A stretch of DNA of 36,150 nucleotides from contig JAFSXW010000052.1 in assembly GCA_017443885.1 (NCBI GenBank), positions 1 through 36,150 of the forward strand. The letters are read 5' to 3'. Positions 18,434 to 26,044 of the stretch are shown here, in pieces (position 1 is the stretch's first letter; each line of letters begins with the position of its first letter). Position numbers and translations under genes: made by a program. The DNA comes from Clostridia bacterium. Lineage in GTDB: Bacteria; Bacillota; Clostridia; Christensenellales; UBA1242. Under the pieces are notes generated by a model. That model did not search any database and was not told the DNA's origin. It saw only the letters and a program-made list of their open reading frames with translations.

Positions 18434-19600
18434 TTAAATCTCTCTTTCTTCTAAAACACCATCTTTAAATCCACAAGGTTGCGTGCAAATAAATTCTGGA
18501 TAAGTGCAACGCGCGTGTTTAAATGGCTCTAGTTCTTTAGCCAAATCGCTTCCCTGCTCTTTAAGTGCGTTATAGTATTTTTCGTAGGTTTCTTTAGTTT
18601 GATCGGCAATTTCAAGTTGGGCAGCAGAGCAACGGCGTTCATACATTTTTAAAATAAAGTCATCAAGTTTACCCATCTCGTGAACATTAAGAAGGAGGCC
18701 TTGTGGGAAGTTTTTGGCAACTTTTTCACAATCTTTTAACCATGCTTTTGCATAATATTCGCTTAGTTTTAAAATTGGTGGTGCATAAAATTCGTCGTTT
18801 TCTAAAAGCGTGAACTCATAATCTAATGTGCGATGGCGTTGCGCTTGGGCAAGCTCAGCAAAAGATGCCTTATATCTTGCAGAATAAACGCTTCCAAAAT
18901 GTTCAATAAATTCCCTATTTGGAGCAACCAAACTTAGCCTTCTAAGCCTGCCAACATTAGCAAGTGTTTCATCAAAGTAAGGAAGATTTTCTATGGCATT
19001 GCAAAAATCTTTCATGGCAGGTTTTAGCATCTCGTAAAATCTATTTGAATTTGGATTTTCTATTTCTTTTTGCATTAATCCATAAAGCACATTAAGTTGC
19101 CTATAAGAAGTGGTATAAATAAGGGTTGTTGGTGTAAACACGCTTATCAAATATCTTGCGTTTTCTTGCGCAAGTTTTTTAATTTTGCTATCAGAAAACC
19201 AATCTGGATACTCGTTTTTATATTTAGCAGTGATTAAATCTTGAAAATTTTCACACCATTTATCATAAAGTTTTTGTTCGTCTTCCGAAAGCACCATTTT
19301 GGTGTATCTTGCGCTCTTTTCACTAGTAGTATATTCATGCTCGTTGTTTATTACCATAGCAAGAGCCTTTGGAATATCTTCTAGTTCTAAATTAATTTCA
19401 TCATGCCCAAAAACGCTATGATGATAATTCCCCTTAGTCATGGCAATTCTACGCTGTGTTTTATCAAGCGGTTCATTCATTAAACTTTCAAATGAACCTG
19501 GCATATAACAAACACCAGCAGCATGCCCACTAAAATTCTCAAATTCTTCTTTTGTGGCTGTGTAGCCTGGATGTGTTGTGCCTAGCACTGCAATTTTCAT
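18434..19600 (-). CDS. ThyX-fold (flavin-dependent thymidylate synthase-like) protein, apparently two tandem ThyX-like halves
   Basis: 388 aa. Half 1 has HHSVFGH (aa 60-66) and SEKSARY (93-99). Half 2 has AQRHRTLD (RHR at 255-257) and RRCSAAQLEI (322-331). These resemble the ThyX blocks H..PFEH, RHR..S....SGRY and R..SHAQ.EI. GGAGGA SD upstream. The CDS is solid. The family call rests on eye alignment only. Confidence 0.6.
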   Translation of the reverse strand: MKIAVLGTTHPGYTATKEEFENFSGHAAGVCYMPGSFESLMNEPLDKTQRRIAMTKGNYHHSVFGHDEINLELEDIPKALAMVINNEHEYTTSEKSARYTKMVLSEDEQKLYDKWCENFQDLITAKYKNEYPDWFSDSKIKKLAQENARYLISVFTPTTLIYTTSYRQLNVLYGLMQKEIENPNSNRFYEMLKPAMKDFCNAIENLPYFDETLANVGRLRRLSLVAPNREFIEHFGSVYSARYKASFAELAQAQRHRTLDYEFTLLENDEFYAPPILKLSEYYAKAWLKDCEKVAKNFPQGLLLNVHEMGKLDDFILKMYERRCSAAQLEIADQTKETYEKYYNALKEQGSDLAKELEPFKHARCTYPEFICTQPCGFKDGVLEEREI

Positions 19601-19707
19601 AATAATCTTCCTCCGTTTCGTTAATATTAAGTTGTTTCATTTTTCTGTAAATTTTAAATGTTTTTTTACTCCAAATTACAGTTATTAAAAACATTTTTTA
19701 TAATTCT

Positions 19708-19735
19708 ATTATATCATCGTTTGTGGTTTTGTAAA
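19708..19735 (-). promoter_or_regulatory. Sigma-A type promoter of the ThyX-like gene
   Basis: Minus strand: TTTACA (19735-19730), 16-nt spacer, TGaTATAAT extended -10 (TATAAT = 19713-19708). It leaves a leader of about 105 nt. Confidence 0.55.
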
Positions 19736-19739
19736 GGTT

Positions 19740-21065
19740 TTAATCTAATCCATTAAGCAAAATTTTACATGCTTTTGCGTATGTTGGCATTTTTGTTGCA
19801 CTTGTGTTACCTAAAATAGTTATATATGGTTTATTGTTTGCTTTAAAAATTTCTTTTGCAAACGCATTAATACTTTCTGGTGTGATATTTTTAATTATTT
19901 TTTGCTCATTTCGCCAAGGCATAAACTTAAATTCATTTTTTCTTATATATGTGTTTAAATTGCCATGTGCCTTATCATTTTTTGTTTTTGTGGAAACACT
20001 CTCATCTTTATTATCTAAAACATTAGCTCTTATAGTTTCCACATCTTCTTTTGAAAGAAAATTTTTAGATATTTCTGTAATAGATTTATTTATTACCCTA
20101 AAACAATCTTCTATTTTCTCGGGGCTAGTTTTTAAACTAAACACAAAAATAGATTGTTTTTCAAAAGAAACAGGATATGTGCTGGCAGTGTAAACAAGCC
20201 CGCCATTTCTTAGCCAATTATAATATTGATTTTTATTTCGCATCATAAATTGGGTTAGAAAATGTGCGTTATAATCATATTCCATTTCTGATTCCGTTTT
20301 ATTAAAAGGAAAACTTAGCATAACCTGAACGCCTTTATCATCGTTTTGAACAGTAAGCATAGAAGGCTTTTTGGTTATGTTATACATGCAAACATCAATT
20401 TGATAGTTTTGTTTTTCGGCTAAATTATTTATAAAATATTCTTTTGCTAGTTTTTTAACTTTTCCTAAACTCAAATTTCCGCAATAAGAAAGCACAAAAT
20501 TATTTGCAACAAAATTATCTTTTTTATATTTATTTAGTGCTTTAATAGTTATCTTATCTATATCTTCTGGCGAGCCAAGAGAGTGCTTTGCATCAGTTTT
20601 AGTATTAAATTGTTGACCATTGTGATAAAACACAACTGAGTGTTTTTCTTTATCTGAACTTTTTAAATACTCTTCCTTTATTATACCTCGCTCTTTATCA
20701 ACCATTTCTTTTGAAAATTTTGAGCTGAGAAGTAAATCAGATGCAAATTCAAAAGCTTGCTCTAATTTTCTATTACACCTATGAAATTTTACATATAAAA
20801 CATTAAGGCCCGTTGCAGCATTCATAAAGCACAACTTTTCGTTATCTTCATCTATTTGCTCCTTACTTCTTTTGTTTGTGCCATTAAACATCATATGTTC
20901 GCAAAAGTGAGCAAGCCCATTTTGCGTGTTTTTATTCGTTCCGCAAATAAAACCTGCTTGCACGCTAGAATAATCTGCCCTTTTATCTTTTTGGTAAATT
21001 ATTGTTGCACCGTTTTTAAAAGCATAAATCTTTTTAGTTTTAGATTTTTTTAATTTTAAATCCAT
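19740..21065 (-). CDS. M16 (pitrilysin/insulinase) family zinc peptidase
   Basis: 441 aa with the inverted zinc motif HFCEHMMFNGT (HxxEH) and the downstream ERGIIKEE glutamate block. No signal peptide. Typical M16B size. Confidence 0.85.
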   Translation of the reverse strand: MDLKLKKSKTKKIYAFKNGATIIYQKDKRADYSSVQAGFICGTNKNTQNGLAHFCEHMMFNGTNKRSKEQIDEDNEKLCFMNAATGLNVLYVKFHRCNRKLEQAFEFASDLLLSSKFSKEMVDKERGIIKEEYLKSSDKEKHSVVFYHNGQQFNTKTDAKHSLGSPEDIDKITIKALNKYKKDNFVANNFVLSYCGNLSLGKVKKLAKEYFINNLAEKQNYQIDVCMYNITKKPSMLTVQNDDKGVQVMLSFPFNKTESEMEYDYNAHFLTQFMMRNKNQYYNWLRNGGLVYTASTYPVSFEKQSIFVFSLKTSPEKIEDCFRVINKSITEISKNFLSKEDVETIRANVLDNKDESVSTKTKNDKAHGNLNTYIRKNEFKFMPWRNEQKIIKNITPESINAFAKEIFKANNKPYITILGNTSATKMPTYAKACKILLNGLD

Positions 21066-21092
21066 TTTTTTCTACCTTTGTTAATTAAGTTT

Positions 21093-21121
21093 AGTATAGC
21101 ACTAACATAAATTATAGGCAA
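21093..21121 (-). promoter_or_regulatory. Sigma-A type promoter of the M16 peptidase gene
   Basis: Minus strand: TTGCCT (21121-21116), 17-nt spacer, TATACT (21098-21093). Confidence 0.5.
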
Positions 21122-21173
21122 GATTTTGAATAAAAGTAGGCAAAATTAAAAACACTAAAACAAGGAGTAAAAT

Positions 21174-22409
21174 ATGAAAGATAGCAAAAAAACAAAACAA
21201 CAAAAAAACGCAAAAAATGGCAATAATATAAAAAATATCAATAAAAAACAAAATTCTAAAAGCAAATTTGCAAATTTTTGGAGCAATTTATTTAAGCATG
21301 ATATAAGTGCTTTTAAACTTCGCAAAAGGTTTTATAGCATTGTTTTTATTTCTCTTGCTTCTCTTTTTGTTTTAAGTTTAGCATTTATTATTCTTGATAA
21401 AAGTGCTGGAATAATTGGATATAATCCATCAAATGAAAATGAAGGAGGCTGGCCAAAACAAGTTCTTGCCCCCTATGCCGACATGACAAGTTGGGTGCCA
21501 GTGGCATCAAGTTATAGTGATAATGGCGTTGCAAATATTGCAAAAGTTTCAAGCGAAACTGGCCTTAATTATTTTCACTTTGGGTTTATTCAGCCCGACA
21601 CTAAAAAACCACTTGATGATGAAGGAAACATTCGTTGGTGTTGGGGTGGCTATGCGTCTATTAGTGAAAATGGCGCAGATAGTTATCAGTATGCTGGCAT
21701 CATTAACCAAATGCAAAAATTAAGAGATAATGGTGGTGATTTTTCCATCTCTTTTGGTGGGCAGTTTGGTAAAGCTCCATGGGTTGTTTCTAGCGATAGT
21801 GAAAAATTAAGAAATATGTATTTAGATGTTATAAACACCTATTCTTGCAACAGAATAGATTTAGACATTGAAGAAGAAAATCAAGGTGAAGAAGCAAATA
21901 AAATAAACGCAAAAGCCGTTAAAATGGCACAAGATGAAACTGGTGTTAGTGTTAGTTTAACAATCCCTATTATGCCTTATGGCTGGGAAGAAAAACAAAT
22001 TAAAATTATTAAAGCATATCTTGATGCAGGTGTTAATATTAGTTTAATAAACTCTATGACAATGTGTTATGGTGCTGGCCTTTATTCTTATGAAGATTAT
22101 GGCGACGCTTCTGTTAGGGCAATTACAAATGCAATTAGGCAAATGCAAGAAATCTATTCTGCTTATGGAATAAATTTAACTGAAAAGCAGGCATACAATA
22201 AAACCGGTGCAACTATGGCAATTGGATATGAAAACACTCTTTACCCAACATTTACGGCAGATATGGCAAAAAAAGTTGCAGATGATGCTAAAGAAAAAAA
22301 TTATGGCATGATTAGTTATTGGAGCATTAATCGTGATGCAAAAATGGAAAGCAATAAAGGTGTAAACACAATTTACGAATTTTTTAACGCCATAAAAACT
22401 TTTGCTTAA
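21174..22409 (+). CDS. Membrane-anchored glycoside hydrolase family 18 (chitinase-like) protein
   Basis: 411 aa. A Lys/Asn-rich N-terminal tail of about 55 aa, one TM helix (IVFISLASLFVLSLAFIIL), then a TIM-barrel-like domain with the GH18 catalytic block NRIDLDIEEE (DxxDxDxE pattern) and ISYWSINRD near the C-terminus. AAGGAG SD upstream. Confidence 0.8.
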   Translation: MKDSKKTKQQKNAKNGNNIKNINKKQNSKSKFANFWSNLFKHDISAFKLRKRFYSIVFISLASLFVLSLAFIILDKSAGIIGYNPSNENEGGWPKQVLAPYADMTSWVPVASSYSDNGVANIAKVSSETGLNYFHFGFIQPDTKKPLDDEGNIRWCWGGYASISENGADSYQYAGIINQMQKLRDNGGDFSISFGGQFGKAPWVVSSDSEKLRNMYLDVINTYSCNRIDLDIEEENQGEEANKINAKAVKMAQDETGVSVSLTIPIMPYGWEEKQIKIIKAYLDAGVNISLINSMTMCYGAGLYSYEDYGDASVRAITNAIRQMQEIYSAYGINLTEKQAYNKTGATMAIGYENTLYPTFTADMAKKVADDAKEKNYGMISYWSINRDAKMESNKGVNTIYEFFNAIKTFA

Positions 22410-22433
22410 ATTTTGGCACCGCCCTGTTTTTGC

Positions 22434-22462
22434 TTGACTTAACTTTTTCAATTTTATATTAT
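22434..22462 (+). promoter_or_regulatory. Sigma-A type promoter of the TasA-like gene
   Basis: TTGACT (22434-22439), 17-nt spacer, TATTAT (22457-22462). Confidence 0.5.
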
Positions 22463-22520
22463 ATTTATGTAATTATATAAAATTATTTTTTAGATAAACA
22501 AAAATCGTTAGGGAAAACAA

Positions 22521-23228
22521 ATGAAGTTAACAAAGAAATTGGTACTAATAGTTTGTGTTATGCTAGTTACAACACTAGTATCTTTTTCTGTTATTGGCAC
22601 AACATATGCAAAATATGTTTCTGGCATATATTCACACTCTGAAATTCAGGCTGCTGGCTTTTTAATTCAAGGCGAAACTCCTGCAAATGCAACAATTGAA
22701 GGCTCAACAAAAATTGCGCCAGGTGAAAGCGCCACAATCAATGTCCCTATTGTTTATTTCTCGCAAGTTCCAACTAGTTTTAGAACAGCATCTAATGTTC
22801 ATTTGGTTGGGTTTGGCGCACTTGCAGATTTTGACCTTCTTACAACGGAATTTGAGGGTTATAAAGCAAGGCTTGGAAAATATGGTATTACCCCAACGAG
22901 TTTGTCTCAATCATTCTCAATAACCTTTGGAAACTCTGTTGATGTTTGTAGCGAAATGATAACACTTCTTCGTGCAGAAGGTTTAAGGCTCATGACTCCT
23001 GAAGATTCCACATTTACTGATCCTATTATTTCTCCTATGAGTGCTAGTGCAACTTCCGCTTTGCATTTAACAATGCCAATTACTATCACTTGGATTAACC
23101 ATGCCACAAAAACTTGGGACGCTTGGGACACATTTTTAGGTGAAAAGTTTTATCAATCTAATGTTGCTAGTGGTGTTCAAATAAAACTAGAACTTGTTGC
23201 AGAACAATATCAAGGCGAAGTTTCATAG
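22521..23228 (+). CDS. Exported TasA/camelysin (peptidase M73)-like protein with a SipW-type signal region
   Basis: 235 aa. N-terminus MKLTKKLVLIVCVMLVTTLVSFSVIGTTYAKYVSG (cf. TasA ...ALVGGGTWAAFND), then AAGFLIQ and IAPGES (cf. TasA ASGTLDL and LKPGDK). The C-terminal GVQIKLELVAEQYQGE compares with TasA NSIKLQFSFEATQWNG. Thr/Ser/Ala-rich and poor in Lys/Glu, as expected for a secreted protein. Confidence 0.55.
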   Translation: MKLTKKLVLIVCVMLVTTLVSFSVIGTTYAKYVSGIYSHSEIQAAGFLIQGETPANATIEGSTKIAPGESATINVPIVYFSQVPTSFRTASNVHLVGFGALADFDLLTTEFEGYKARLGKYGITPTSLSQSFSITFGNSVDVCSEMITLLRAEGLRLMTPEDSTFTDPIISPMSASATSALHLTMPITITWINHATKTWDAWDTFLGEKFYQSNVASGVQIKLELVAEQYQGEVS

Positions 23229-23237
23229 TTAAAAAAA

Positions 23238-23270
23238 AATAAAAAGCAACCTTTTTTGGTTGCTTTTTTG
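23238..23270. terminator. Bidirectional terminator between the TasA-like gene and convergent spoIVA
   Basis: AGCAACC-tttttt-GGTTGCT stem with a long A-run before it and a T-run after it. Confidence 0.8.
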
Positions 23271-23292
23271 TTTATTATAAAATTATAAATTT

Positions 23293-24771
23293 TTATAACA
23301 AAATGCAGATAATTCCACCCTTGCCTTCATTTACAATTTTTGTTAAAGTTTTTCGCATTTTTGTTTGTGCTTCTTGTGGAAGATTATTGAGCTTTGTGTT
23401 TATCCCTTCTCTCACTAAATAACTAAGTGGTTTTCCAAACATATTGGTTTCCCAAATACCTTGTGGATTATTTTCGAATTCACTTAAAAGATATTTGCCT
23501 AGCCCTTCGCTTTGTTCTGGGCTTCCAACCGCTGGGCTAATTTCTGTTTCAACATCAACTCGCATAATATGTAAACTTGGCGCACTAGCCCTTAGTTTTA
23601 CACCACTATTGGCCCCTTTTTTAATAATCTGTGGTTCTTCAAGCGTCATCTCATCCATGCTTGGCATAACCACGCCATAGCCCGTTTCTTTAACACTGTC
23701 TAGTGCAGATTTAAGTTTGTCATACTCCACTTTTGCATGTGCCAAATGTTTCATATAACTCATTAAATAAAAATCATCTTGTATTTCAACATTGCATTCG
23801 TTTGAAAGCATTTTATAAAATAAACTTTTATTAATTTTAATGGTATATGTTATTGTGCCAGTGCTTAAATTGATATTATCTAATTTCACGCCTTCAATAT
23901 CTTCGCTAACTTCAAAAGCACTTTCTAACGATTTTGCATCTTTCATAACATTTACGCCAGCCATGCCCGTTTTAATTTTGGCTATAATATCTAAAATAGT
24001 TGGGTTTTCGTATGGAAGTGCACGCACCCAATTAGGAAGGTTAAATTTAAGTGTTTTTGCTGGAAATTCATATAAAACACTAGTTAGCACGGCTTCAATT
24101 TCTTCTTTCCCCATTTCCTTAACATTTATTGCAAGAACTGGCACACCATATTTTTCTTCAAGGCTATTTCTTAGTTTTTGCGTGCCAATAGCAGTTGGAT
24201 CAACTGTGTTTAATACAATAACAAAAGGTTTGCCTTCTTCCCTTAATTCTTTTGCCACTCTTTCTTCTGCTCGAACATAATTAATACGAGCTAAATCTCC
24301 TATTGTGCCATCAGTGGTAACCAAAATACCAATAGTAGAATGGTCTTTAATCACTTTTCTTGTGCCAACTTCTGCAGCCTCACTAAATGGCACATCTTCT
24401 TCGCTCCATGGCGTTTTAACTAGCCTTGGGCCATCTTCTTCAAGGTGTCCACTAACGCCATCAACAAGGTAACCAACGCAATCTATTAGCCTAAATTTTG
24501 CACTTGTTGCATCATTTATTTTAACATTTATTGCTTCGTTTGGAACAAATTTTGGTTGCATTGTCATTATTGCTTTGCCCGAGCCACTTTGTGGAAGCTC
24601 ATCGGTTGCACGCTGGCGATCATGAGCATTTTCAATATTTGGCAAAACTAGCGTTTGCATAAACCTAGAAATAAATGTAGATTTACCCGTTCTAACAGGC
24701 CCCACAACGCCAATATATATATCGCCACCAGTGCGCTCAGCTATGTCGTTATATAAATCAAACTTTTCCAT
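23293..24771 (-). CDS. spoIVA: Stage IV sporulation protein A (spore coat basement-layer ATPase)
   Basis: 492 aa. MEKFDLYNDIAERTGGDIYIGVVGPVRTGKSTFI (Walker A) and full-length colinearity with SpoIVA. AGGAGG SD upstream. Confidence 0.95.
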   Translation of the reverse strand: MEKFDLYNDIAERTGGDIYIGVVGPVRTGKSTFISRFMQTLVLPNIENAHDRQRATDELPQSGSGKAIMTMQPKFVPNEAINVKINDATSAKFRLIDCVGYLVDGVSGHLEEDGPRLVKTPWSEEDVPFSEAAEVGTRKVIKDHSTIGILVTTDGTIGDLARINYVRAEERVAKELREEGKPFVIVLNTVDPTAIGTQKLRNSLEEKYGVPVLAINVKEMGKEEIEAVLTSVLYEFPAKTLKFNLPNWVRALPYENPTILDIIAKIKTGMAGVNVMKDAKSLESAFEVSEDIEGVKLDNINLSTGTITYTIKINKSLFYKMLSNECNVEIQDDFYLMSYMKHLAHAKVEYDKLKSALDSVKETGYGVVMPSMDEMTLEEPQIIKKGANSGVKLRASAPSLHIMRVDVETEISPAVGSPEQSEGLGKYLLSEFENNPQGIWETNMFGKPLSYLVREGINTKLNNLPQEAQTKMRKTLTKIVNEGKGGIICILL

Positions 24772-24802
24772 AACTCCTCCTATATTTTTGCTTGATTACT
24801 AA

Positions 24803-24831
24803 AAGTTATGCTACCAGAATTAAATTTATGA
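24803..24831 (-). promoter_or_regulatory. Sigma-E-like promoter upstream of spoIVA
   Basis: Minus strand: TCATAAA (24831-24825), 14-nt spacer, CATAACTT (24810-24803). The sigma-E consensus as I recall it is ZHATAxx-14-CATACAHT. The -35 fits and the -10 matches 6 of 8. Confidence 0.45.
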
Positions 24832-24868
24832 TTGAAAAAATAAAAGATGGCTAAAATATGCCACCTCT
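24832..24868 (-). terminator. Intrinsic terminator downstream of the SHOCT-domain gene
   Basis: Minus strand: AGGTGGC-atatttta-GCCATCT (one G:U) followed by TTTATTTTTT. Confidence 0.6.
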
Positions 24869-24916
24869 ATTTTATAATTTATATTTTTTGTTTAAAATAT
24901 TATTGTAATTAATATT

Positions 24917-25387
24917 TTATTCTAGCAAAGATTGCTTTGCTTGCTCATATTCTTCTTCTGTTATAATTCCTTGCTCTTTATATTTTTTGAGTTCATTTAG
25001 TTTTTCTAGTTCTTCTTCGGTAACAACTCTTTGTGTTGTTTCCACTGGTTCTGTGGTTTCACGAGTTTTTTCAGAAAAATTTTCATCTGTGTCATTTTTA
25101 GTGTTTTCAACGCTTATATTATGACTTGCACAAAGTGGAACTATAAGCAAACTTAAAAGCCCAATTGGAAATAGTATAATGCTGAAAAATATGCCGTAAT
25201 TAATTAAATGATTTCTAACAATGCCTATTTCACTATCTGTTAGCCTTGTTGCCATTAAATAATAGTTTGCACCATAAATAACATAAATTCCTAGTGGCAA
25301 AAACACTAACGACAAACACAAAACTAAACCTTCTATATAACCAAGTATTTCCAAAATATATTCAATTACAACTGCACTATTCTTCAT
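24917..25387 (-). CDS. Membrane protein with a C-terminal SHOCT domain
   Basis: 156 aa with three or four hydrophobic helices and an acidic linker. The C-terminal EEELEKLNELKKYKEQGIITEEEYEQAKQSLLE matches the SHOCT pattern (L..L..L...G.IT.EE....K..LL). GAGG SD inside the plsY 3' end. Confidence 0.7.
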   Translation of the reverse strand: MKNSAVVIEYILEILGYIEGLVLCLSLVFLPLGIYVIYGANYYLMATRLTDSEIGIVRNHLINYGIFFSIILFPIGLLSLLIVPLCASHNISVENTKNDTDENFSEKTRETTEPVETTQRVVTEEELEKLNELKKYKEQGIITEEEYEQAKQSLLE

Positions 25388-25390
25388 TAA

Positions 25391-26044
25391 TTATGCCTCT
25401 TTTTTAGTTTGTTTTAATTTCTTTTTCGTGCTGTGTGTTAAACTAACCTTGCTTTCTTTACCAACTAAAAGTCGCACAATATTTCCCCTATGAGCAAACC
25501 AAGTGATGCAAAAGATAGCAAAAAGCAGTATGCAAATTATATTTTGGTCTGGCTGAGGAAGATTTTTTGCATTAAGTCCCTCAACAACTGTTAAAACTGT
25601 AACACACAAGAAACTTGCAACTGAACCATATTCAAAGCAAAGCCAACTTGCTGCTGCTACTAATATAACGATAACTGTAATAATAGGGTTTGCAACTAAA
25701 AACACGCCAAGCATTGTGGCAATTCCTTTACCACCTTTAAATTTAAACACCACTGGATAAACATGCCCAACAATTGCAGAAATACCTGCAATATAAAGCA
25801 TAACCTTGTTTCCAAAAATTAAATATGCCACAAGAGTTGGAACAACCCCTTTAATAACGTCTAAAAGGAAGTTGAAAAAACCAACTTTAAAGCCAAAATT
25901 TCGAAGCATATTAGTGCTTCCTGGGTTTCCACTGCCAAGCTTTGTTATATCACTATTTTTATGTTTAGAAACAATTCTAGCAACACTAATATTTCCAATT
26001 AGGTATGAAACTAAAACCGTTAAAACTATATGCCACCAAACCAT
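25391..26044 (-). CDS. plsY: Glycerol-3-phosphate acyltransferase PlsY
   Basis: 217 aa, polytopic, with the GSGNPGSTN and GGKGIAT motifs. Its ATG overlaps the der stop by 1 nt (TAATG). Confidence 0.93.
   Translation of the reverse strand: MVWWHIVLTVLVSYLIGNISVARIVSKHKNSDITKLGSGNPGSTNMLRNFGFKVGFFNFLLDVIKGVVPTLVAYLIFGNKVMLYIAGISAIVGHVYPVVFKFKGGKGIATMLGVFLVANPIITVIVILVAAASWLCFEYGSVASFLCVTVLTVVEGLNAKNLPQPDQNIICILLFAIFCITWFAHRGNIVRLLVGKESKVSLTHSTKKKLKQTKKEA

Noticed and set aside
19601-19739. THF or other known riboswitch in the ThyX-like leader
   Set aside because: I could not find the conserved THF-riboswitch core sequences that I remember. The helices are almost pure A/U. It is kept only as a low-interest structural observation.
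21116-21150. Direct repeat TAGGCAA(G/A)AT in the M16/GH18 divergent region as a regulator binding site
   Set aside because: There are only two short copies, one of which coincides with the -35 of the M16 promoter. The evidence is insufficient.
22687-23131. Three alternative-frame ORFs (22687-22923 +, 22704-22910 -, 22907-23131 -) within the TasA-like gene
   Set aside because: They arise from the locally lower A+T content (Thr/Ser/Ala-rich secreted protein). They have no start signals and are embedded in a coherent 235-aa frame that has a promoter and a terminator.
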